Part shown: piece by piece, positions 51,005-61,068 of the stretch
Layout of the letters: the number at the start of each line of letters is the position of its first letter
How positions within the stretch are numbered: the stretch's first letter is position 1
NCBI GenBank assembly: GCA_037925075.1
Contig: JAXSNR010000001.1
Location: forward strand, 512,001-576,000
Direction of reading: 5' to 3'
DNA from: Aquificaceae bacterium
Lineage (GTDB): Bacteria; Aquificota; Aquificia; Aquificales; Aquificaceae
DNA: 64,000 nt
The notes under the pieces: model-generated
What the model saw: only the letters and a program-made list of their open reading frames with translations
What the model was told of the DNA's origin: nothing
Databases searched by the model: none
Position numbers and translations under genes: made by a program

Positions 51005-51310
51005 TCAACCACCACCGTATTCGCTCTGGTCTATTTCCATCAGAAACTCTTCCACCATATCCTTTATAAGTTTTACAGTTTCATGAACCGGGGCATCAAG
51101 GTAGTATTCAAAAAGTTCTATTTTTCTCTCGTGAAAATGTTGCTCGTCCGTGTAGTATCTTAGAAGTAGGTAGGGAGTTTTAAAGCTTTGGTCAAAGTTG
51201 GGATCTTCGGGTGTTATAATATCGTACTCCACATCAAGACCTCTAAGACTTTCCCCAAGGGCTTTTCTCAGTTCTTCTATCTTGGCACTGTAAATCTTCC
51301 AGTCTTTCAT
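51005..51310 (-). CDS. Hypothetical acidic protein ending in GGG
   Basis: Likely start MKDWKIY at 51310 (avoids overlap with rnr); TAAAAT 8 nt upstream. Confidence 0.65.
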   Translation of the reverse strand: MKDWKIYSAKIEELRKALGESLRGLDVEYDIITPEDPNFDQSFKTPYLLLRYYTDEQHFHERKIELFEYYLDAPVHETVKLIKDMVEEFLMEIDQSEYGGG

Positions 51311-51326
51311 GGTTAAATATTTTACA

Positions 51327-53411
51327 ATGGAAGGGGTTTCCATAGAGGGGCAGATCCTGAATATACTCAAAGGTAGCAAGAAGCCCCTCAGCTTTGAGGA
51401 CATACTCCAAAGGCTTGGGCTTGGCCAGAAGGGAAGAAAAACCCTAAAAAAGGCATTAAAAAGCCTCAGAAAATCCGGTAGGCTCAGTCTTCAAAAGGGC
51501 AAGTACTTTTATGCAGAGGAGGAGATAGTAAGCGGAAAGGTAATACCCTATCCCGCGGGCTTTGGCTTTCTGCAGGTGGGAGAAGGCAAAAAGGACATAT
51601 ACATACCACCCTTTGAGATGGTAAGGCTCTTTGGGGGTGATGTGGTAAAGGCAAAGGTGGTGGAATACAAGGGGAAAAGGGAGATAAGGGTTCTAAGAGT
51701 GCTCAAAAGGGCAAAAAGGGAGATAGTTTGTAAAATCCAAAAAAAGAAAAGGTCTTGCCTTGCTTTGCCTGTGGATGAAAACCAGCATCAGACCATAATT
51801 CTTGAAAAGGGCAAGTGTGAAGATTTAAAGGATGGTACCCTTGTGGTGGTGGAGATAAAAAGGTTTCCCACAAAGGGCCATCCTGCGGTAGGTAGAATAA
51901 GGGAAGTGTTGGGACATCCGGAAGAAAAAAATCTAACTATAGAGGTGCTTATAAGAAAGTACAACTTACCAACCTCTTATCCTGAAGAGGTGCTAAAGGA
52001 AGTAGGAAGCATACAGGTGGATTGGGAGAAGGAGCTAAAAAGAAGAAGGAACCTAACAGACCAGCTATGCTTTACCATAGATCCAGAGAGGGCAAAGGAC
52101 TTTGACGATGCGGTCGCAATAGAAAAAACTCCGGAAGGTTATAGGCTCTGGGTCCATATAGCGGATGTTTCCTATTTTGTAAAGGAAGGCTCAGCCACAG
52201 ACAAGGAAGCCTTTAAAAGAGGTTTTACCTTCTACCTGCCCGATAGGGCATTGCATATGCTTCCGGAAAGGCTTGCGGGTGACCTGTGCAGTTTAAAACC
52301 TAACGAAGACAGGCTTGCCTTTACTTGTGAGATGCTTTTTGACGAAAACGGGAGGCTTTTGGAGTACGACATATACGAAAGCGTAATAAGGAGCAAGGCA
52401 AGGCTTACCTACGATGAGGCTCTTAGGCTTATAGTAGGCGATCCAGCCTTGGAAAGTAGATACCCACAGCTTGTGAAACCCCTTAGGCTTATGGAAGACC
52501 TATACAGAATACTTTCAAAGATGAGGTGGGAAAGGGGAAGCATAGACTTTGACCTGCCGGAGGCGGAGCTTGTGGTGGATGAGTTTGGGGAGCCTGTAGC
52601 CCTCATGCCCTATGAAAGACATATTGCCCACAGGATAATAGAGCAGTTTATGATATCCGCCAACGAAACTGTGGCCATGCACCTTGAAAGCGTGGGATAC
52701 CCATGCCTCTATAGAGTTCATGAAAAGCCAGACCCTCAAAGGGTGGAAAATCTCCTTGAAATCCTTGCGGGACTTGGCTACAAGGTAAAAAAGCCCTCTT
52801 TAACTCCTAAGTTTTTCCAAAAGATAATAGAGGACTTTGAGGGACGTCCTGAGGAAAACCTTGTGAGGTTTTTGACCCTTAGAAGCATGAAAAGGGCTCA
52901 CTATTCTCCCCATAATCTCGGGCACTTTGGACTTGCGTCAGAACATTACGCTCACTTTACCTCACCTATAAGAAGATATCCAGACCTTATAGTCCATAGG
53001 CTTTTGAAAAGGGCTCTAAAAGGTGAAGATATAGACTATGAGAAAACCCTTGCCTATCTTGAGATGGCGGGTATGCATCTATCACAACAGGAAAGGCTTG
53101 CAGAAGAGGTAGAAAGAGAAGCCATAGACAGGCTAAAGGTTCGCTTTATGAAGGCTCACATGGGTGAAGAGTTTGAAGGTGTAATAACTGGAGTTATGTC
53201 CTTCGGTATCTTTGTGGAAATCCAAGAGTACCTTGTGGAAGGGCTTGTAAGTATTACCACCCTCAAGGAAGACCAATACATATACGACGAGCCAGCACAT
53301 AGGCTTGTGGGGGTAAGCAGTGGTAAGGTTTTTAGGCTTGGAGACAAGGTAAGGGTCAAGGTGGTAGGTATTGATGAAGAGAGGGCAAGACTGGACCTTG
53401 TTTTAGTTTAG
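51327..53411 (+). CDS. rnr: Ribonuclease R
   Basis: HTH, CSD, RNB (TIDPERAKDFDDA, HIADVS, HFTSPIRRYPDL), S1; start could be 51309 or 51327. Confidence 0.95.
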   Translation: MEGVSIEGQILNILKGSKKPLSFEDILQRLGLGQKGRKTLKKALKSLRKSGRLSLQKGKYFYAEEEIVSGKVIPYPAGFGFLQVGEGKKDIYIPPFEMVRLFGGDVVKAKVVEYKGKREIRVLRVLKRAKREIVCKIQKKKRSCLALPVDENQHQTIILEKGKCEDLKDGTLVVVEIKRFPTKGHPAVGRIREVLGHPEEKNLTIEVLIRKYNLPTSYPEEVLKEVGSIQVDWEKELKRRRNLTDQLCFTIDPERAKDFDDAVAIEKTPEGYRLWVHIADVSYFVKEGSATDKEAFKRGFTFYLPDRALHMLPERLAGDLCSLKPNEDRLAFTCEMLFDENGRLLEYDIYESVIRSKARLTYDEALRLIVGDPALESRYPQLVKPLRLMEDLYRILSKMRWERGSIDFDLPEAELVVDEFGEPVALMPYERHIAHRIIEQFMISANETVAMHLESVGYPCLYRVHEKPDPQRVENLLEILAGLGYKVKKPSLTPKFFQKIIEDFEGRPEENLVRFLTLRSMKRAHYSPHNLGHFGLASEHYAHFTSPIRRYPDLIVHRLLKRALKGEDIDYEKTLAYLEMAGMHLSQQERLAEEVEREAIDRLKVRFMKAHMGEEFEGVITGVMSFGIFVEIQEYLVEGLVSITTLKEDQYIYDEPAHRLVGVSSGKVFRLGDKVRVKVVGIDEERARLDLVLV

Positions 53412-54494
53412 AGGACTTCCAGCTTTGCCCTCAAAGCACCTGCGGATTTAATAGCCTGCAAAACGGATATTATCTCTCTTGGAGTTTGCACCTATTCTAT
53501 TGAGAGAATCTACAAGCTGTGAGACGGTAGCACCCCTTAGTTCCAAAAGCCTTGCCTCCTTTTCTTCAACTTTGAGCTCCGTTCTGGGAACCGTTCTTGT
53601 CTCTCCGGGAGGTAAAGGAGGAGGTTGAACCACTTGTGGGGCTTCTTTGATGGTGACCGTAAGACTACCAACCGCTACCGAGACGGGGCTTATGGTAGCA
53701 TCACCACCCAAGAGAACTGTCCCAGTCCTACCATCTATAACCACCCTTGCAAAGGAGGGCATATCAATTCTTACATCCTCAACCTTAGCCAGGAAATCTA
53801 CAGGGTTCATATCCTTTGGTATCCTAAGCTTGACGGTGCTTGCATCCACAGCCTGAGCCACCTGCATACCAAACTCTGTGTTTATCCTATCTTGAATTAG
53901 CCTTGCGGTGGAAAAACTAGGGCTATCAAGGTAAAGGTTAACCTCCTCAGACATTCCCTGCAAAGGTAATTCCCTCTCCACAAGGGCACCATTTGGTATT
54001 CTACCTACTGTGGGCGTGTTTTTTACTTGCTGAGCTCCTCTACCTCTTGCCTCATAGCCACCAACTATGACCTGACCCTGAGCCAAGGCGTAGACCTCAC
54101 CATCTGGACCTCTCAGTGGAGTAAGAAGAAGAGTGCCACCCTCAAGACTTTTAGCGTCACCCACAGATGAGACCTCCACATCTATAGCCATTCCCGGCTT
54201 TGCGTAGGGAGGGAGCTTGGCAGTAACCATAACCGCTGCCACGTTTTTTGTGGTCATCCTTCTTGGGTCCACCACGATGCCCATCCTATTTAGCATATTG
54301 GCTATGCTCTTTACCGTAAACAAGGTGCTCTTACCGTCTCCCGTACCCTTAAGCCCCACCACTAAACCATAACCCACAAGATAGTTGCTCCTGTTTCCCT
54401 CTATGGTTGCCACATCCCCTACGCGTGTGGCAAAGCTAAAGGAGAAAAAAAGCATCAGAAGGGCAAGACCTTTGCAAGTATTTTTGCAAACCAT
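53408..54494 (-). pseudogene. flgI: Flagellar P-ring protein with a +1 frameshift near the C-terminus (pseudogene or sequencing error)
   Basis: LVGYGLVVGL.GTGD, NVAAVMVTA, GDAKSLEGG. The canonical tail ATPREIISVLQAIKSAGALRAKLEVL* lies in another frame after 53485-53487. Confidence 0.85.
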
Positions 54495-55120
54495 CCAGGG
54501 TTACCTCCATCCACTAGAAAGCCTTTTCCATCTATGAAAACTTCAAGGTTTGCTATTTTATCGCTGGAGACCGTGTTAGTGCTATCTATGTCCTCAGCTC
54601 TAACAATGCCCCTTAGAATAACTTCCCTTTGTGAGTTGTTCATAATTATGTTTTTCCTAGCCTCTACGAGCATAGTATTGTTGGGATACACTCTCATAAT
54701 TCTTCCTGCAAGCTTTGTAGTCAAAAGGCCCGTCTGCTGGACTTTGCCAGAGCCCTTTGTGTTTATCTGCCCAGAGCCTTGACCTCCTATGTCCGTAAGG
54801 GTGTTCTGCGAAAGGCCAAAAAAGGAGCTTATTCCTTGTTGAAAGGCGGAGGACCTTTGCGTTTGGTTTGAAATGCTTTCTATCGCACTCATACTTTCTA
54901 CCACCTGAAGGAATATCACATCCCCCACCTTGCTTGCCCTTCTTTCTGAGTAGAGGTCTTGATAGCCATTTTTTGGCATAAGGCTTCCCTTTGAGGCATA
55001 CTCAGCCCTTTCCTCACCGGCGGGATACGGGTTTCTCCTCTCATAATCTTCCAAAGTACTCAATTTTGGACCGCAGGAGAAGACTAAAAGCCAAACTGCT
55101 AAGAGCCACAACCTCCCCAT
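54455..55120 (-). CDS. flgH: Flagellar L-ring lipoprotein
   Basis: Lipobox VFSC; RASKVGD; GIVRAEDI..NTVSS.KIAN; C-terminal GWF..IL..LPF. Confidence 0.92.
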   Translation of the reverse strand: MGRLWLLAVWLLVFSCGPKLSTLEDYERRNPYPAGEERAEYASKGSLMPKNGYQDLYSERRASKVGDVIFLQVVESMSAIESISNQTQRSSAFQQGISSFFGLSQNTLTDIGGQGSGQINTKGSGKVQQTGLLTTKLAGRIMRVYPNNTMLVEARKNIIMNNSQREVILRGIVRAEDIDSTNTVSSDKIANLEVFIDGKGFLVDGGNPGWFAKILAKVLPF

Positions 55121-55130
55121 GCTTAATAAT

Positions 55131-56864
55131 TTAATCCTTCTCCCACCTCTTGTTTATAGAAGCCTCCACCTCCACAGGCACTTGCTTAAGCACTATCTTT
55201 CCTGCATGCTTCATTGCCCTTTCAAGAAGCTCCTTAACCCTATCCGCAACAGTTTCTTCACATTCCACAACCACCTCGTCATGAACAAGGTTAACCACAT
55301 CCGCCTTTAAGTTCTCTTTCCTTAGCTCTGCATCAAACATAAGCACAGAAAGTTTAAGGAGGTCTGCGCCAGTGCCCTGTATGGGATAGTTTACCGCATC
55401 TGGGAAGGTATGAGCTACATAAGGTCTTCCCAACAAGGTATAACCTCTTGACTCCTTAAACTCTCTTAACTCCCTTTTCACCTTTTCGTGCCATGCTTTT
55501 ATGGCTGTGTAGTAGGCAAAAAAACTTTCCCTTATTCTTTGGGCTTCTTCCAAAGAAAGGTTAACTCCGTATGTTTTTGCATACTCCACAAGACCCTTTG
55601 CGGATATACCGTAGATAAGGCCAAAATTTACCGCCTTTGCAAGCTGGCGTTCTTCTTTTGTTATCTGATCCTCAGGTTTGCCCAAGAATACGCCCGCAGT
55701 ATAACGATGTAGGTCTCTGCCCTGCATAAAAGCCTGCATCATCTTTTCCTCCCCCACATACTCGCTTGCAATTCTCAGCTCAATTTGGGAAAAGTCCGCT
55801 ATGACGAAGGTCTTTCCTTCCTCTGCTTTAAATATGCTTCTAAGATTTCTCGGTATGTTTTGCACATTAGGGTTCATGCTTGCCATTCTACCTGTGATAG
55901 CACCTATCTGCTTAAACTCCGGATATACCCTACTACCCTTGAGTTTTTCCCTTATCTCCTGAAGTTTTTCTATGGTCTTTTTCAGACCCCTTATTTCAAG
56001 AAGCTCAGATACCACAGAATGAAGAGAATACTCCGCAAGAACCTTATCGTCGGTGGAAATGTTTCCCTTTTCAGTTTTTGGAAGGTCAAGACCAAACCTT
56101 TTTGTGAGAAGTTCTCCCACCTGCTTTGGAGACATGGGATCTGTCCTGTATCGCGTCATAAAGTCCATTACCTTCCTTTTTAAGAACCTTTCCTGTTCTT
56201 TTAACTTCCTTTCTAACTCTTCCCTATCCACCGGTATGCCCTTCATCTCCATCTTTGTCACTTCTTGCACAAAGGCCATTTCCACTATGGCAACAGGATT
56301 GACAAGCCCAAAGACCTTTGAAGTCCTCGTTTTCAGAAGGATCTCTTCCCTGTGAGTGTGTTCATTGAGCTTTTCAAGAAGAAGGTAAAAAAGGTCTCTC
56401 ACCACCTTAACATCCAGAGCCGCGTACTCTAACTGTTCCCTTCCAAGAAAGGGCTGTCCCCAGTTGGAAGCCTGAAGACTCTTGTCCAAAACCTGCCCCA
56501 GATAGTGCATGGCGACCTTTTGAAGAGAGTGCTTATCCGTGTTTCCAAGAAGTTGGCTTGCTATCATGGTATCAAAGACCGCATAGGGCTCTATCCCATA
56601 GGCGTAAAGATATTTAAGGTCAAACTTAAGATTGTGGCCCACTATGCCCTTGTGGGAGAGCAAGCTTTTAAGAAAAAGAACACCTTCTTCTCCAAGGTCA
56701 AAGAGGTCAAGTATGAATATGTCCTCTTGACCTCCAATCTGAACAAGCCTTATCTGATTGCTGGAAACTTCCGTATCAAGGAAGAGGTACTTTTCACCTT
56801 TGAGGTGTTCGTATACGCTGCCGAGCCTCTCCCTTGATCTTATGTAGCTAAACTTTGGCACCAT
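55131..56864 (-). CDS. polA: Family A DNA polymerase (3'-5' exonuclease + polymerase; no 5'-3' exonuclease)
   Basis: Exo motifs FLDTE, HNLKFD, YAALD; motif A ADFSQIELR, B KAVNFGLIYG, C VHDE; 577 aa. Confidence 0.95.
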   Translation of the reverse strand: MVPKFSYIRSRERLGSVYEHLKGEKYLFLDTEVSSNQIRLVQIGGQEDIFILDLFDLGEEGVLFLKSLLSHKGIVGHNLKFDLKYLYAYGIEPYAVFDTMIASQLLGNTDKHSLQKVAMHYLGQVLDKSLQASNWGQPFLGREQLEYAALDVKVVRDLFYLLLEKLNEHTHREEILLKTRTSKVFGLVNPVAIVEMAFVQEVTKMEMKGIPVDREELERKLKEQERFLKRKVMDFMTRYRTDPMSPKQVGELLTKRFGLDLPKTEKGNISTDDKVLAEYSLHSVVSELLEIRGLKKTIEKLQEIREKLKGSRVYPEFKQIGAITGRMASMNPNVQNIPRNLRSIFKAEEGKTFVIADFSQIELRIASEYVGEEKMMQAFMQGRDLHRYTAGVFLGKPEDQITKEERQLAKAVNFGLIYGISAKGLVEYAKTYGVNLSLEEAQRIRESFFAYYTAIKAWHEKVKRELREFKESRGYTLLGRPYVAHTFPDAVNYPIQGTGADLLKLSVLMFDAELRKENLKADVVNLVHDEVVVECEETVADRVKELLERAMKHAGKIVLKQVPVEVEASINKRWEKD

Positions 56865-57333
56865 GCTTTAGACTAATCTTCTCAAGGTCAACCCACATGG
56901 CTATCTCGTCGCATGATGGAAACTTGACGCAGTTTATACACTCACCCCAGACTTTGTGCGGAAGTTTTACCTTTTCCACTTCTTCAAAGCTTAACCTTGA
57001 GAAAAAGCTTTGGGCGTAGGTTAAGACAAAGACTTTTTTGACACCAAGCTCCTTAGCCTCTTTTAGGCATGCCTCCACAAGCTTGGTACCTATTCCCATG
57101 CCCTTGTGCCTTTCGCTTACCGCAAGGCTTTTTATCTCCGCGAGGTCTTCCCAGACTATATGAAGAGCACCACATCCCACAAACTCCCCCTCTAATTCGC
57201 ATACCCAAAAATCCCTTATGTTTTCGTATATAGAGTTAAGGCTCCTTGGAAGAAGCAAACCCTCCTTGGCATACTGATTTATTAGGTTGTATATATCTCC
57301 AGCATCTTCTAGCTTTGCCTTTCTTATCACCAT
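56848..57333 (-). CDS. GNAT amino-acid N-acetyltransferase (short ArgA-like)
   Basis: LLPRS..IYENIRDF, LAEIKSLAV, LPHKVW.EC..C.KFP.CDE. Confidence 0.85.
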   Translation of the reverse strand: MVIRKAKLEDAGDIYNLINQYAKEGLLLPRSLNSIYENIRDFWVCELEGEFVGCGALHIVWEDLAEIKSLAVSERHKGMGIGTKLVEACLKEAKELGVKKVFVLTYAQSFFSRLSFEEVEKVKLPHKVWGECINCVKFPSCDEIAMWVDLEKISLKHGAKV

Positions 57334-58376
57334 TCAAAACTCTGAACTACTATGTAGCCTTGTTTATTGGCTTCTTCCAAAAAGCTTTTACTGGCGAAGT
57401 GAGTAATTATGACTGGCACCACCTTTTCTGGAGAGTATTCTCTGTACTCCTCAAGGGCTATCCTTATCTTTTCCTCCAATTCCTCAAACACCTCCTTAGC
57501 CCTTTCCGGTCCTATGGATAACCTGCTTTTTGCCTCACCCACTATTAAAACCCTTTCTCCGTTTCTTTGTCCCTCCGCCAACAAATTTATTTCTTTACCT
57601 TTTATTTCCCTCCTAATCATGCGGTTATAAACCTTTATCCCAAAGTTCCTTTCAAGATAACCGGGCAAGTTCCTGTATGCCTCGTTCTCAAGCATATAAC
57701 CCATCGTTTGGTCTATACCACCAAGCTTTCTATTTAAATCTCTCTGAGATAGTAAAACCTCTTGCAAAATAATTTGCGTTTTCTTAGATTCCTCCGCAAG
57801 TTCCGCGAATTTTTGCTCGGTTATCTTCTTGTATTCTCTTAGCTCCTCTTCCGTCCTTCTCTGGGCTTCAGCGAGTTCCGCAAATTTCTGCTCTGTTATC
57901 TTTTTGTATTCTCTTAGTTCTTCTTCTGTTTTTTTCTGGGCTTCCGCAAGCTCGGCAAACCTTTGCTCAGTTATCTTTTTGTACTCTTTTAGCTCCTCTT
58001 TTGTTCTTCTCTGAGCCTCCGCAAGCTCCGCCACCTTTTGTTCGGTTTTCTTCTGAGCTTCCGAAAGCTCTGCCAGTTTCTGTTCTGTTCTCTTCTGTGC
58101 CTCTGAAAGCTCAGCTATCTTCTGCTCAGTCTTCTTCTGTGCTTCAGTTAGTTCCAATATGCTTTCGTCCACCTTTCTTTGATTTTGAGCAAGCTCTCTT
58201 ACCACATCTTTGAGAGACTCAATGGATTTTTCAAGTCTATCTATAGCCTCCTTTACTTCCATAAAATCTGTCGCTTTCACCAGTTGGTCTAAAAACTTGA
58301 TAAATTCCGCTAGCACCTCCACCTGTTCTGGTGTAAAGACCGCACGCATTTTTGAAAGAAGCTCTTCCACCTTCAT
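57327..58376 (-). CDS. Coiled-coil repeat protein with C-terminal PD-(D/E)xK-like domain
   Basis: LAEAQKRTE-type repeats; C-terminal GY.LE..KEINLLAEG..LIVGEAK..VVPVII. Confidence 0.75.
   Translation of the reverse strand: MKVEELLSKMRAVFTPEQVEVLAEFIKFLDQLVKATDFMEVKEAIDRLEKSIESLKDVVRELAQNQRKVDESILELTEAQKKTEQKIAELSEAQKRTEQKLAELSEAQKKTEQKVAELAEAQRRTKEELKEYKKITEQRFAELAEAQKKTEEELREYKKITEQKFAELAEAQRRTEEELREYKKITEQKFAELAEESKKTQIILQEVLLSQRDLNRKLGGIDQTMGYMLENEAYRNLPGYLERNFGIKVYNRMIRREIKGKEINLLAEGQRNGERVLIVGEAKSRLSIGPERAKEVFEELEEKIRIALEEYREYSPEKVVPVIITHFASKSFLEEANKQGYIVVQSFEW
57801..58151 (-). repeat. Intragenic tandem repeats: 3 x 42 nt, then 3 x 75 nt
   Basis: LxEAQKxTEQKxAE x3, then LAEAQxxTxEELxEYKKITEQxFAE x3. 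Confidence 0.85.
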
Positions 58377-59668
58377 CCCTTTAAAATATAGTCAATATGT
58401 TTGTAAAAATCTGGATAAGATACCGCAACGCACTCAGGATCATCTATTATAGTCTCTCCTTCCGCGACAAGCCCCGCTATGGAAAAAGCCATGGCTATCC
58501 TATGGTCTCCGTAGGTTTTTATGGTGGCACCCTTTAGCCTTTCAACGCCTTCTATCTCAAAGCCATCCTCAAGCTCTTCCATCTTTGCACCCATGGCTCT
58601 TAGGTTTTCCACCACCGCTTTTATTCGGTCGCTTTCTTTTACGCGAAGCTCCTGAGCACCCCTTACAGTGGATCTTCCTTCCGCCAGAGCCATAACTATT
58701 GCCAAAATAGGAAGCTCGTCAATCATGGAAGGCACTTCCTCCGAAGCCACCTCCGCACCCTTCAGCCTTCCATTGTATTTAACATACACATCCGCCACAG
58801 GCTCTCCAGATATCTCCCTTAAATTTTCATACCTTATATAAGCTCCCATCTGTATAAGCTTTCTAAAAAAGCCATCCCGTGTGGGATTTACTAAAACATC
58901 CTTTAGGAGAAGTTCCGAGCCTTCAAGAAGGCATGCCAAGGCTACGAAAAAACTGGCGGAGGATGGGTCCGCAGGACAGTATATGTCCGTTCCTTTTAGG
59001 CTTTGACCACCTTTTAGCTTTATCACATGTCCCTCTTTGCCTTCCATCTGTATTAGGCTTACACCAAAAGCCCTTAGCATCCTTTCCGTGTGGTCCCTTG
59101 ATAGGATAGGCTCCACAATTTCTATGTACCCTTCCGCCCTTAGACCCGCAAGCAATAGTGCAGACTTTACCTGAGCGGAAGCCCTTTTGTTGAAGAAGGA
59201 AATTCCCTTTAGCTTACCACCTCTTACGCATATGGGTAGTTTGTTGCCTCCTTCTCTTCCATCAAGGAATGCTCCCATTTGTCTAAGAGGCTCCACTACC
59301 CTAAGCATGGGTCTCTGCCTGAGGCTTTGGTCTCCTGTGATAACGCTAAAAAAGGGTTGGGTTGACAAAATACCAAGCATAAGCCTTGCGGTTGTTCCCG
59401 AGTTTTTCGCATCAAGCACATGGGAAGGCTCAAAAAATTGAAAGTTCCTTCCCAAAACCTTTAGCTCTTTGCCCTTCCTTTTTACTTCTACTCCAAGGCT
59501 TTGTACCATCTCTAGAGTAGCCTCCGTGTCCGCGGAGCTAAGCCAATCTCTTATATAGCTTTCTCCTTCCGCCAAAGAAGAAAGCATCACCGCCCTGTGG
59601 GATATGGATTTGTCAGAAGGGACTCTAAGCTCTCCCTTTGCCACCTTTGCCCTTGAAAGCGCGCGCAT
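58373..59668 (-). CDS. aroA: EPSP synthase
   Basis: DKSISHR, NSGTTARL, RPM.RV, SAQVKSA, RDHTE, RVKESDR, DHRIAM. Confidence 0.97.
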   Translation of the reverse strand: MRALSRAKVAKGELRVPSDKSISHRAVMLSSLAEGESYIRDWLSSADTEATLEMVQSLGVEVKRKGKELKVLGRNFQFFEPSHVLDAKNSGTTARLMLGILSTQPFFSVITGDQSLRQRPMLRVVEPLRQMGAFLDGREGGNKLPICVRGGKLKGISFFNKRASAQVKSALLLAGLRAEGYIEIVEPILSRDHTERMLRAFGVSLIQMEGKEGHVIKLKGGQSLKGTDIYCPADPSSASFFVALACLLEGSELLLKDVLVNPTRDGFFRKLIQMGAYIRYENLREISGEPVADVYVKYNGRLKGAEVASEEVPSMIDELPILAIVMALAEGRSTVRGAQELRVKESDRIKAVVENLRAMGAKMEELEDGFEIEGVERLKGATIKTYGDHRIAMAFSIAGLVAEGETIIDDPECVAVSYPDFYKHIDYILKG

Positions 59669-59695
59669 GCGGTTAATTTTAAACCAACCTTTCTT

Positions 59696-60448
59696 TCACC
59701 TTACCATAAGCGTATAAACTCCCACCAAAAGCCCCCAAAGAATTACAAAAAGCCTCACCGCCTTTGGCTTAAATTTTTGAGAAACCCTTGCCCCCAAATA
59801 TCCCCCCAAGGCAAAGCCCGGCATCATAGAAAAGGTGTATATCCAGCTTACCTTACCACTGACTATAAAAATTGTCGCACCAAGTAGGTTTATGGAAAAG
59901 CCCAGAATATTCTTCAAGGCGTTGGCGGTGTGTATGTTTGACACACCAGATAAAGTAAGGCTTGCCAACATCATTATGCCTATGCCTGCACCAAAGTAGG
60001 TTCCATATATGCCGGTGATAAACTGAAGAAGCAAGGCTAAAGGTAAAGTAAATCCCCCTCCTTGTAGCACAAGCCGAGCTAACAAATTTCTTATTACTTC
60101 GCCGAAGGCAAGCATAAAAACCGCAAGAAATATTAAAAAAGGCACTATGGACCTGAAAGTTTCAGAGGGTGTTTTTATAAGAAGAAGGGCACCAGCCACC
60201 GCACCCACAAGGGAGGAAAGAAGAAAGGGCAAAAGGAGGCCCTTTGTCTGTTTTATTCTTCTTCTGAAGCCAAAGGCACCCGAAAGAGAACCCACCCAAA
60301 GAGCTACCGTGTTGGTTATGTTGGCAACCACAGGGTCAAGCCCAAGCCACACAAGAGTGGGAAAGGTAATAAGCGTTCCACCACCAGCAACCGAGTTTAT
60401 AGCCCCAGCAAGCACGGAGGCACCAAAGGCCAAAAGGTAAAACTCCAT
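59696..60448 (-). CDS. Sulfite exporter TauE/SafE family
   Basis: AGAINSVAGGGTLITFP, YGTYFGAGIG, NALKN. Confidence 0.9.
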   Translation of the reverse strand: MEFYLLAFGASVLAGAINSVAGGGTLITFPTLVWLGLDPVVANITNTVALWVGSLSGAFGFRRRIKQTKGLLLPFLLSSLVGAVAGALLLIKTPSETFRSIVPFLIFLAVFMLAFGEVIRNLLARLVLQGGGFTLPLALLLQFITGIYGTYFGAGIGIMMLASLTLSGVSNIHTANALKNILGFSINLLGATIFIVSGKVSWIYTFSMMPGFALGGYLGARVSQKFKPKAVRLFVILWGLLVGVYTLMVR

Positions 60449-61068
60449 TAGACTATCTTTCCAAACTCCTCAAACTTAAACCTGTAAGCCCTTGGCAAAA
60501 GTTCTTTTGATAGGTCTTTGTAGCCTATGGCTATGACCATGGGTACCACCTTGTGGTCTTCTATCTGTAAAAACTCTTTTAGCTTTGTCTCGTCGTAACC
60601 TTCCATAGGATGGGTTTCAAGTCCATAGGCTCTGGCAACTATCATTATGGTCATTCCAAAAAGAGCTGTATCTCTTACCGCCTTTCTAAAGGCTTTATGA
60701 GGGTCTTGCCAACCTGCGATGATTTGACTTTTAAGGTTTTCTTTTGCCTCTGGTTTTATGTAGCCAAGCTCTATCCAGCTTTGGAGTACTCTATCCACAT
60801 GCTCAAAGCCTGCCCTTGTGTTGGCAATAAGTACAAGGTTTGCACTGGCATCTTCCACCTTTTGCTGGCCATAGCATATATCTTTTAGCTTCCTTTTCTT
60901 TTCCTTATCCTTGACCACTATAACCTCCCAAGGCTGGATGTTGTATCCCGAGGGTGCTGTGGCAGAGATCTCAAGTATTTCCTTTATAAGCTCATCGGGC
61001 ACTTCCCTTGCGGGATCAAAGAAAGTTATGGACCTTCTTTCTGTTATAAGCTTTAAACATTCTTTCAT
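60448..61068 (-). CDS. Nitroreductase family protein
   Basis: RRSI..F, APSGYNIQPW, GLETHPMEGYD, IAIGY. Confidence 0.92.
   Translation of the reverse strand: MKECLKLITERRSITFFDPAREVPDELIKEILEISATAPSGYNIQPWEVIVVKDKEKKRKLKDICYGQQKVEDASANLVLIANTRAGFEHVDRVLQSWIELGYIKPEAKENLKSQIIAGWQDPHKAFRKAVRDTALFGMTIMIVARAYGLETHPMEGYDETKLKEFLQIEDHKVVPMVIAIGYKDLSKELLPRAYRFKFEEFGKIV

Noticed and set aside
57801..58151. Tandem repeats as a CRISPR array
   Set aside because: In-frame coding repeats with no unique spacers
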